Origin: Rotaria sp.
Lineage: Eukaryota
Direction: 5' to 3'
Assembly (NCBI GenBank): GCA_905330235.1
Contig: CAJNUA010000005.1
Span: forward strand, 400,093 to 434,696
DNA: 34,604 nucleotides
In this document: piece by piece, positions 1 to 10,656 of the stretch
Layout of the letters: every line of letters begins with the position of its first letter
Numbering within the stretch: position 1 is the stretch's first letter
Translations under genes and position numbers: made by a program
Notes under the pieces: model-generated
Database searches by the model: none
Told to the model about the DNA's origin: nothing
What the model saw: the letters and a program-made list of their open reading frames with translations, nothing else

Positions 1-1089
1 ACGAATATATAGTAAATAATTTACCTTTAGAACGAAATATACTTATTTTTAGAAAAAAATCTCTCAAACAGTTTTGATATTATTCAATGAATAGCAATAA
101 CATATATATATATATTTGTTTTTTAGATTTTACTTTCACTTTATCGAGTTTCTATTGCATTCTACTATGACATTTATAAATAACATAGTGACTAATGGAT
201 TTTGTTGCTTGAAAAACAAGAAAAAAAATCTTTTTTTTTTTGCTGTTTTTCTCTTTTTCTTTCTCTAAATGTCTTGTCATATTTTGCCTATCATCGGAAT
301 GATGATTATCGTCATTTCAACCGTGCTCAATCTCGGCCGACATGCTACCATCAAAAAAAAAAAGAAACACCCACGACTTCTCATTGTCAATAGTTGCAAG
401 AACAGAAATATCGAAAAACAAATTATGTTTTTTCGGCCTAATCTCTACGATGTTCTAATAAAAAAAAGAAATCTGTAATCTAATAACTGAATTGTCTAGC
501 TACTATTGCAAGGAAAACCTTCTTAGTTAAACCACGAATACACGCATTTTTGATAGAAGGAAATGATAGTTCATCATTAGAAGAAAACGAGGAAGAAGAA
601 AAAAAATATAGAGATGAAGAGAGAGAAAAAAGCGAGCGACAAAAAAAGAAAATAACATGATGCTCATTGTGATAGGAATAGAATTGAGATAAAGAAACGG
701 GAACAAACATCACCCGTGGAAAACAAACATTCGATCAACAAGCTCGTAAGTTAATGCTAAATAACTATTGACAAAAAACTTAATTGAGAAGAAAATTTTA
801 TAATCAATAGAAGAAGAATAAAATGGCATAAAAAGACAATGCTGTTTTTCCTTTCTAAATAACTCATGAATAATGTTATCTTTCTAGAATATTTAACCAC
901 TTTTTTTTTCTATTCGCTTACCCTACTTCAATTAACTTCCTTTTTCCTAAAATAAGAGACATCCGGTTGAAAGATACTATTCGTTCGGATATGTAAAAAA
1001 GAAAATACAAAAGAAGATATAGATTGCTATTTTTATTTTGTTCATGAATATTTTCGATGTTCATATATATGACGTATTCATTTTAGAAA

Positions 1090-3113
1090 ATGGTGGTACA
1101 TCTTGGTGGTCTTGCAGCCGTTGTTTTTTTTTATGTTCTTATTTTACTTGTTGGAATATGGGCTGGACGAAAACAAAAATCATCGGAAAAGTCACCCGAT
1201 ACAGAAGAGATTATGTTAGCAGGAAGGAATATTGGTTTACTGGTTGGGATATTTACAATGACAGCAACATGGGTTGGTGGTGCATATATTAATGGTACTG
1301 CTGAACAAGTTTTTTCTACGGGTCTTCTTGCATGTCAAGCGCCATTAGGTTATGCTATTAGTTTAGTTGTTGGTGGATTATTGTTTGCACGACCAATGCG
1401 TAATGCAGGATATGTTACAATGCTTGACCCATTTCAGCGTAAATATGGTCAACGAATGGGTGGATTATTATTTATACCGGCATTATTAGGAGAAGTATTT
1501 TGGTCAGCAGCTATTCTATCAGCACTGGGTGCAACAATTAGTGTTATTTTTACGGATGTTTCAACGGTAGCATCAATCATTATATCAGGTAAAATATTTA
1601 AGAAAATAATATTTAAAAAAAATTGAATTATTTTGATATATTTAGCAACTGTGGTTATTGTTTATACTCTTTTTGGTGGATTGTATTCAGTAGCTTATAC
1701 TGATGTTGTTCAACTTGGATTTATTTTTGTTGGTCTTTGGGTAACTATTCCATTTGCTATGAAACATGAAGGCGTCGGTAGTATTGTTGCTACGTGGCCT
1801 GAATGGCGTGGACGTATAGAAAAATCTCAAATAGTTGAATGGATTGATAGTATGTTATTATTAATTTTTGGCGGAATACCATGGCAGGTAAAATATAATG
1901 TGATTTTTTCTTATTTACAATAGAGAAAAGTCTCTTCATTTTTAATTTATTAATAATATTTCGTGTAAGAAACAGTGTGAAAATCTAAATTGAATTTTGA
2001 CAACTTTTTGTTTAGTTAATAATTGGCTTTTATCTTGTCTTGTTGCTTGTTTTAGGTCTATTTTCAGCGCGTTCTCTCAGCTAGATCAGCTAAGAAAGCA
2101 ATGTATCTTTCATTTTATGCTGCTGTTGGTTGTATCATATTGGCAATACCGCCTGTACTAATTGGAGCTATTGCTAAATCTACTAGTCTGTCTAGATTTT
2201 ATACTGGTTCAACTTATATTTATACATCTATTCTATTTGTTTTAGATTGGACTATGACAGATTACGATATAAATAAAGATATAACAGCACCTGAAGCAAC
2301 GAAACTAATTTTGCCATTAGTTCTTTTACATTTATGCCCAAAATTTATTGCATTTATTGGATTAGGCGCTGTATCTGCTGCAGTTATGTCAAGTGCTGAT
2401 TCGAGTGTACTTAGTGCTAGTTCTATGTTTGCTCGAAATGTCTGGAAACTTGTTTTTCGTGATCAAGTATATGATTTATTAATCTTGATTATTTAAAAAA
2501 AAGAAATTTTTCTTTTTCTTTTTATTTAAAATAGGCATCTGAACGAGAAGTTTTACTAGTAATGCGTATTGGAATACTTCTGGTTGGAATAGGAGCTGCT
2601 GGCATTGGCATTCTTGTATCTTCAATTTATATCCTTTGGTATTTATGTTCAGATCTTGTTTATGTCATACTGTTTCCACAATTACTTTGTGTTGTTTATG
2701 TTCCACATTCAAATACATATGGTTCATTAGCAGCATATATAACAGGTTTTCTTTTTCGTATTCTTATTGGTGAATCATCATTAGGAATTCCAAAATTCAT
2801 TAATTTTGGTCCATATATTCCACCGAAAACTTTATGTATGCTTATAAGTCTTGGAACAACATTAATTATTTCTCAAATAGCTAAAAGTCTTTTTGAAAAA
2901 CGTACTTTACCACCAAAATATGATATATTTCATTGTCTTGTTGATATACCAAATGAAACTTTACCATTAAAAGAAAGTTCAACAACAGATGAATTACAGT
3001 ATAAAGTTATTAAACCAACAACAGGACAACAATATTTAACTGAACCAACAATGATGATTAATAATTCTTTTTCACAAAGTCAAGAAATTTTAAATTCATA
3101 TGGAAAAGATTAA
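1090..3113 (+). CDS. CHT1: High-affinity choline transporter (SLC5A7/CHT1 family), complete CDS: join(1090..1588,1646..1887,2056..2466,2535..3113), 576 aa
   Basis: The spliced translation [26 protein letters not shown]...[31 protein letters not shown]...[14 protein letters not shown]...GGIPWQ|[15 protein letters not shown]...[22 protein letters not shown]... aligns along its whole length with the human CHT1 landmarks ([76 protein letters not shown]). All three introns have GT..AG boundaries (gtaaaat..tttag, gtaaaat..tttag, gtatat..aatag). Exon phases are consistent (499+242+411+579 = 1731 nt) and the CDS ends in TAA. Confidence 0.9.
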
Positions 3114-3627
3114 TTATAATATTAAATGTATGTATTTATATAGTGTTATCCCCACCGGTGAATGTTGTTTTATTGCTTGCTCTTTTTTTTTTCTTCTATC
3201 CTTACATATCATTAGTTTAATAATTAAAAATCAATGGTAAACCAAAGAAGCACTTCTGTGGAGATGCTTTTACAATTTCTTTTTTCTTTCTCATTTTTTT
3301 TAAGTAGTCAGATGACTAATGATGACAAAGCATACATATCAAAATATTATTTATCAATTTGTAATAACATACATATCAGATTGCCTTCCACAAGAGAATA
3401 AAATACATATCAAAAAAAATGTTTCTTCTGCTTTTATTTTATTTTTTGTTTTTGTTTGATGTTGTATTTTCCCCGTCATTTTAAAATAAAGAATCTCTTT
3501 GTTCCTCATCTTATGATTAAAAATTTTATTATTTAAAAAACAGAAAAAATAACGTATAATAAACTGTTCGTAGTTTTTAACAGTGAAATTACAATTATGA
3601 AATTAAAAAAAAGAATTTCATTGACTA

Positions 3628-5016
3628 TTATTTAGCGATGTCATTTGTATTTGATAGTAGATTATTATGATGATTTAACATCCAATTATATATCTTATAT
3701 GATATATGTAATTTATCCTTTGTAGCTTGCCGATCAAGTAATATTTTAAGTAATGATTGTTTTGGCTCATCAATATATTTTGTTATCCATCTAAAATATG
3801 ATCAAGGAAAAAAAAATATTTAAAACATATTTAAAAAGAAAAATATACTAACCTTAAAACATCATTCTCTGATCGACCGAAATCATTTCTATACCAAAGA
3901 AACAATTTCGGTAAACGAATTTCATTATTTTCTGGTATAATATCAACTTCTGAATTACAATAAGATGTTGTTGCCATATTTAAAGCTTTTTCGATATTGG
4001 TTGATGAATAAATAGCTATTTGTGGACATGAACGTGCACCACGATTAATGGTAAAATGGATACGTGGATCACAACGACGCATGGAATATTTTGCACGAGG
4101 ATCATTAAATGTAAAGTGCCGTTGAGTACAATAGGAATGCGGTTTATTACCTACAAAAAAAAACAGAAAAACCAATTTAAGAAAATCTCTAATCAATTTC
4201 AAATTGAACCTCGTAAAATGCCATGTTCAATATCATCTAATGAATAAATATGTGCACCAACTTTATATGATGTTGTTTTCCAAAATTGATTTAAATCAAG
4301 AACAGATTTTGGAATATCAGTTAATGATACAATGCCATGAATTGTTAATACATTGTAAAGATCTTAGAAAGACAAAAACAAACGATGACAACAATTCTTT
4401 TTGTTTTCTGTAGTAAATATATTATTTATTGTGATAATTACTGATAAATAATGTTTTACGTTCATTTTCTGTGACATTGTCAAGACTAATTGTTGTCAAA
4501 TGTTTCGTTATTTCGCATAAATCATTATAAATATTACTTGTACGTAATTGATAATAGTTAACTAGACGACCAGATGGATCGATAAACATGGATTTTAGAC
4601 TAAAATAGCAAGAAATATAAAGAAAACGAACAATAAAACAATATGTTCTATTTATTTTACTTTAACATTTTCTTCTGTAATTCAATTGAAAATTGTACAG
4701 TATTATAAACATTTTTTGTTTTTAATTCATTTTCATCTTTTACTGTTGTTCCTTCCGTCATTGTTGATTTACTCATAGTTAAATTTTCTAATTGTGACCA
4801 ATTAAGTACATTTAGTAAATGCGTATTTTCAATTTCTTCAGAAGATGTTGTCGAACACATTCCATTGACTACTTTGATCCGGTCTAATTTGATCGTAGAC
4901 AAAAAAAAATAAACAAAATAACCGTCAATGACATCAACAATAAAGTAAAATAAATGTTGTTTTTCTTTTTTATTCCCCTGATTGTGGTTCATTAAACAGC
5001 ACTCTCGTCGACACAA
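3628..5016 (-). CDS. DUF547 (PF04784) domain protein, 6 exons: complement(join(3628..3790,3853..4150,4210..4362,4442..4599,4661..4883,4923..5016)), ~362 aa
   Basis: The spliced product ...KTLFI|NLYNVLTIHGIV...YKVGAHIYSLDDIEHGILRG|NKPHSYCTQRHFTFNDPRAKYSMRRCDPRIHFTINRGARSCPQIAIYS...LPKLFLWYRNDFG matches the DUF547 consensus (fwiNvYNalv.H..., sl.dIEh.iLR, dpRihfAlncGs.SCP). Introns of 38, 61, 79, 59 and 62 nt all have GT/AG boundaries and consistent phases, and the total of 1089 nt is 363 codons. The 5' end (ATG at 5016) is the first in-frame ATG; exon 1 (4923..5016) is the least certain. Confidence 0.7.
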
Positions 5017-6124
5017 TCTTCAATATATTCTATTTTTGATAAAGTTATAAGACTCTTACTATTACTCTTATTACAAATCAAATTAATATTAAATAATAAT
5101 CGAAATAAAGTTCTAACAAAAAAAACACATTAAGATGAAATTCTTCACGGATTTCCGTTATAAATGTACACGATATGAAGATATGCCATATAAGTAATGT
5201 AACAGCGTGACATGAATAATTATAGTAGTGTGCATGTTTTATATAAGAAAAAAAAAGACTTTTATCCAATTAGTCAGCATGTTAAGACCTCAAAAAGCAG
5301 ATGAGTAAAAGAGAGAAATAAATGTTAATGACATTTTCATCTATATATATGATTGCATTGACCACAACAAAATAAAAGAATTCTTCAATGACTTATTATC
5401 CATCACGAAAGTTTATAGTTGATTAATCCTCGTTTTCAACATAATCAAAATTATTTAATTACACATGGACAACTCATTAATAAAAGCGAGCGCTAAATAT
5501 TGATACTTAGATCATAATCGAATACACGTAGCACGCTCTACTTATTTTCTTATGTGAAAAAAAAATAGAATAATTGTTTTGTATATACTTCTTTGAAAAA
5601 TCATGCTAACGCTAGTTTCGTTATGTATAACGACGTTACACTTCAAATAACAGCAAACAACAACAAGAAAAGGAAAAGAATAATAGAAAGAAAAAAAAGA
5701 CATAAATCAACTAATCGAGTTGGCGTAGATAAATTTTTAGTTATTTATATACAGTGTAATATAATGAAAATAGATGGATGTCAGAAAAAAATTTGACAAA
5801 AATATTATGTGCATGAACAATAACTAATCAAAGGAACTTGTCATAACAAATTTTAATCATCTGTTCATAAGAGAAAAAGAGAAAAAAAGTAAATAACTAC
5901 ATGCATACTTACAAAAAGGTCTTGTACTATTTGATCGATTAGAACGAGACATTTTTGTAAATGCTTTGTTTTTTATTATTATTAATTTGTCTTTAATATT
6001 CAATGTTTTCTTTTCTTCTTGTCTTTATTGTTGATAAGTTTCCATCGATAAGTAGTATTGAAACGTCAACTATTCTGCGAACATTCAATGCACTCGAAAT
6101 CGTTTAAATAGTACCCGAGCGTTT

Positions 6125-6188
6125 CATATAGAGAGAAAACTTCTTTTCATATAGAGAGAAAACTTCTTTTCATATAGAGAGAAAATCC
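6125..6188. repeat. 23-bp tandem repeat (catatagagagaaaacttctttt) x2.8
   Basis: Two exact copies at 6125-6147 and 6148-6170 and a partial third at 6171-6188 are visible directly in the sequence. Confidence 0.9.
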
Positions 6189-6242
6189 TATGACAGCACT
6201 TCTTTTTATTTTTTTTCTCCATATCTATCTATTTGCTTGTTT

Positions 6243-6271
6243 CTCTCTCTGTCTCTCTCTCTCTCCTTCTC
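6243..6271. repeat. (CT)n / (TC)n microsatellite, imperfect
   Basis: The run ttctctctctgtctctctctctctcc is read directly from the sequence. Confidence 0.85.
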
Positions 6272-8551
6272 TATTTGCGTTATGATGCTGATCACCATCA
6301 CCTTTCTCTTATTCGCCTTTGGCTGCACTGTTATTGACTGTAACGAATGTCGTCTTGAGCATATAGGCAGATGATAGACGGGCGGAAAATGAGTACACTA
6401 TACAATCGAATAAACTTCAGGATAGCAGTATATAAGAAAGACGGAAAAGGATGAGCACATCGATAAGAGGTCTGATGAGAAAAAAAAAGAAGAATGAAAG
6501 AAGAGCCGAGATGGATGTCAACCAAATCAATTTCATTCGTATGTCGTTCATCGTTTGACTAATCATTGTCATAATCAGTACGGAACATCGGCGATGCATA
6601 CTATTATTATTATTATAACAAACAAATATACATGTACATAAAAATCAGGAGATGAAAAACAAAATGATAAGATCTTCATTTAAACATTTATATGGATTCA
6701 TTTGTGAACAGATATGAAGGTCATATATTATTCGTTTTTAATAGAGGCAACGCAGTTCATTCTTGAAAACAAATTTAGCATTATGTCCATATGGTGAAAA
6801 AGAAACACCTGTGAAGTTTTTAAAGGCAAGAACATTTATTTATTCTTCTCTATATTTCTTAATCCAAATGAGAGTCGATGAATGAATAGTATGATTTTCA
6901 GAAATGTCTTTTTTTAGTTCATGTTATCTGAATGAACATTTCATTCAAATGATCATCTCTTCTTAAATGATGAAAAACCAAAAAAGAAATCTCCAGAGAA
7001 AAGCATCGAGTCTTGACGTTCCAACCGGATATTAAATTTGTCCGTCATGACTATAATCTAGTTTAGGCTCTCTTGTTGACATTTTTTTTCCTTGAAACCA
7101 ATAATAAAAATAGCGATTAATGATGGATTAATTTTCAATTTGTCTTTATCGTTGCAGAAATAGAAATTTAATTGTCGTCTAATTCAATCAAACGATGAAT
7201 AGCAAAGCAACTGTCTTATAGAACAGACAGACCATTGATTAAAAAAAGACTTACAAACGCAGTTTTTTGTTGCTTTATGTTTATATGTCATGGAAGTAGA
7301 ACAAATAATCTTTAAACGGATTTTAACTAAGATAAAAACATTCAACTATTGTTCAATCACACGTAAAAGCTTAAAATACATGTATATTTACAAGAAATTC
7401 ATATTAAATTGCAAAATATATATTTTTTTAGCCTTTGTATATTATTCACAAATATTCAATTGATTTAATATCTTTACAATGGTTACATTTAAATGCAAGA
7501 TCAAAGTACATCTGAAGATTTGCATATCTCACGCGCATGTATGAAAAAAACAATTGTATGTAGTTTTTAAGTAAAACATACGAAACTCTTATCTGTGAAT
7601 ATACTTGCCTGTATTACAGTTGTGTAAATAGGATGATCAAAGTGTTCATTGTAATGTACTTTCAAGATGAACACAATTTTATCAAATTCTACATATCAAT
7701 TCAAAAACGGTTGTATTCATGAAAACTATCACTAAAACGATTCTGTGTTCCAATGCAAGGTTTTACTATGTTGTAGTATGCATGACACTACATACAAGTG
7801 TTTTGTTCTTTGTATAATTATTCATATTTCGTTAAAGATCAACTTATTCTTCAATAATTATCTTATATTAGTTGAAAAAAGACTTGCTCTTTTTTCTTTT
7901 CTAATTCTTCAATAGTTTTTATATTTATGATCTCATAAGTATCAGATGATCATTAATTCCTCCTGCTTTAATGGCACTTGTAATATCAGTAGATGGTTGT
8001 ATGATGAAAAATATTATGTTCAAAATCAAATTATGTATGTTCGAGTCTTATATCGGAAAAAGACACAATGCTCATGTATCATTGCTACAATATTCTTCTT
8101 TTTTTTTTGAGATACTCTAGCACTTTTTTCCGATGCACACACGAGAGCTTTTTGTAATCACATTGGCATATTCTTCCCATATGATAATATAATGCTGCAT
8201 GTATAAACGACAATTCCCATATGTATAAAACGCAAATATAATATAGTCTATGACGCACTCATATGTACATCATGTAAAAGTGACTTGTGCATGTTTACGT
8301 AGTGTTGTTATGTGATTATAGACAATTTTTTGACAATTGAAAATACATAGGTGAAAATGTTTTGTATTCTACCTTAAGTTATCGAATATAAAATTTAGAC
8401 GAGATATTCATATTAATAATAAACAATTAATTGTCTTAAATTGTATTTGAAAGAAAGATTTCACATTTATTTTATATATAATTTATATCAGAAATTAGAC
8501 AATTATAACAAATAGATAAATACACAAACAAACACAAGCATTGAGTAGTCT

Positions 8552-9698
8552 TCATTTCATATAATAGTCACACTTAAGTATTGGACAATCACCGTGTACA
8601 TCTATTGGTAAATAATCATAATAGAGTGTATAAGTTGGAAATGATTGATTATGTGTACCATCTACATATGTACCTGTATAGGAATAGTTTTCAAGTGAAC
8701 GCATCGGATCTAAAAGAGTATTACGTGAACGAATGTTTTCACGACATATACTAACAGATCGTGTGACTAAATCTGTTTTATCAATAATCATTTTTGATAG
8801 AGCATAGATACTCGTATGATCTGGTACAGTAATGTGTATATGACCTGGGTATTCATTGTAGAAATCGAATGTGATATAACGAAGATGAATAGTAACATAT
8901 CTATTTACAAACACAAGAGAATCTATCATATCTTAAAACGTATTGAAATTACCTAGCTTGATTTAATTGTAAAGATTCATTAAATTTTTGCTGAAATTCT
9001 TTTGAAGACTTTTTTTCAAGAATAATATTATTTGTTTTTGGTACAGATAATTTTGTTATGTATCGTAAAATACCATTACCGAGTTTTTCATCTAGTATTG
9101 CTTGATAATCAATTAAATCTTCGATTTCGAATAATTTTGTAAGAACAAAAACATCTTCTATAGACATTTCAGGTAATTGATCTTTGATAACTAAGAATAA
9201 AAATAAAAATTTCATTTGAATATAAATAATAACATAGCAAAAATGATTTTCTAATTACTAAGTCGAAATTGTTCATATAGTAAACGACCGGAATGTAGTT
9301 TATCTAGTGAACGGCAAACAGTAAGTAATCTTGTTTTGTGACCTAATAATAATGAATTAATACGTTCACATACAGTGTTCAATTGTTCGGGAGAAGTAAA
9401 TATTGTTTTTGTTAATTTTGTTAAACGTTCCTATATTAGAAAATATTATTAGTAATATTTTTCTTATTATGAAAATCTTCACAAGTTCTTTTTGACGAAG
9501 AGATTTGATTTTCTTTTTTTTCTTCGTTTCCTTATCAACTGTTCCTTCATTTTGTTCGAATTGGAGAGATTGAATTAAGGATATTGTTGTTGATGGTACT
9601 TGTTTAGTATTGGACGCTTCATCTGATGAAGATTCTACATCAAAAGATTCGATAGTTTCTATCGTCTGTTGTTGTTGTTCTTCGTCGGTAGTCTCCAT
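8552..9698 (-). CDS. Conserved hypothetical protein, 4 exons: complement(join(8552..8900,8953..9190,9259..9430,9483..9698)), ~324 aa, no family recognised
   Basis: Four long ORF segments on the minus strand join with GT/AG introns of 52, 68 and 52 nt and consistent phases (216+172+238+349 = 975 nt). The N-terminus is acidic/Q-rich (METTDEEQQQQ...KKKKKIK). The C-terminal exon is Tyr-rich (...GHIHITVPDH...TLYYDYLPIDVHGDCPILKCDYYMK*). The ATG at 9698 was chosen as the start although an upstream in-frame Met exists at 9791. Confidence 0.55.
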
Positions 9699-10354
9699 TT
9701 TACAATCAAGAAGAACAGAAAGAAAAAGAAAACGATTGATGATGCTGTTTAGCGGCATCTTACTATGGACACAAGAATGCATGATTTGCATATCGTATCG
9801 ATTTCAACAGTGTAGAGAACAATGTAATGTGAGATTTCTTTTATAATTACTTTCAGATAGATGATCAGAACGAATATACAATAACGAAAAACTCATTCAT
9901 CGAATAGATTATCTTTTTTTCAAATTTACAATATTTATTGACTAATATAATCAATAGCAGTGACTGATTATTGATTCAATATAGTTTATTAATGCATTGA
10001 TCCATATGATTTGTTATAACATTTTCTTCAACTCTAAAAAGTGTACACATATGACATCCAACGAATAGAAATTATTAAGTTGTCGAAGATTGTACGATGA
10101 TGTAAAAGTTTTGGTTGGTGAAATCTACATGGCCAGCCATTGATCACTCGCACATGGGAAAGATTCGAATTAAAAAGTGAAGAAAGCCAACGAGAAAACC
10201 TCTTCAGATGTCAAATCGATTTTCAACCGAGACAATGTTCATTTGATGAGTACTAGTGATTAATAGAAAAATGTAGAATAGTTTGGTTTTTGGGGCTTTA
10301 TTCTTCAGATATCGAAATTTTACTTTTTTTTTTAACAAAAAGCTCTGATCCATG

Positions 10355-10656
10355 TCAGGTCAGCTGGAAAGTCGACTTTCGAGTTTCGACTTCAAACTTT
10401 GCACAAAGCACTTAATGAGATTCGTTGATTGTACAATTTTTATCTTTTTTAGTATTTTCTTTTTGGAGATATATATATATATATATATATAAACATAATT
10501 TGTTCTAACCTATGAGAGGATTTGGAATATGCAATATCTCAGAATCGGAGATACTAGAATAACTATAACTTGTTCAATTAATTAATCTCACTGAGAACTT
10601 TGTTCGCGCAAAGTTTGATGTCAAAATTCGAAAGTCAATTTTCTACATGACCTGAA
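10355..10656. mobile_element. Foldback / MITE-like element: imperfect inverted-repeat arms (10355..10418 and 10588..10656, ~78% identical over ~65 bp) flanking a ~170-bp loop that contains (AT)11 at 10469..10490
   Basis: The left arm caggtcagctggaaagtcgactttcgagtttcgacttcaaactttgcacaaagcac matches the reverse complement of the right arm (caggtcatgtagaaaattgactttcgaattttgacatcaaactttgcgcgaacaaag). No ORF is present. The same arm family recurs at 22725..23065. Confidence 0.6.

Noticed and set aside
480-713. A 77-aa minus-strand ORF (MMFVPVSLSQFYSYHNEHHVIFFF...)
   Set aside because: It is low-complexity (poly-F/S/L) and arises from an A/T/GA-rich stretch. It has no splice context and no homology, so it is most likely the non-coding upstream region of CHT1.
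1038-1292. An 84-aa plus-strand ORF overlapping CHT1 exon 1 in another frame
   Set aside because: It is an alternative-frame overlap with the well-supported CHT1 exon, and the CHT1 frame has strong homology.
4056-4413. Plus-strand ORFs of 63 aa at 4056..4247 and 69 aa at 4204..4413
   Set aside because: They are antisense to confidently spliced DUF547 exons and have no homology.
5078-5796. Short ORFs at 5078..5269 (-) and 5593..5796 (+)
   Set aside because: They are low-complexity (K/R/N-rich) and sit in AT-rich intergenic DNA upstream of the DUF547 start, with no splice signals linking them to a gene.
6331-6599. Two overlapping minus-strand ORFs next to the CT microsatellite
   Set aside because: Their composition is driven by the poly-T and CT repeats (FFFFLIRP, SFLYTAIL), so this is not credible coding.
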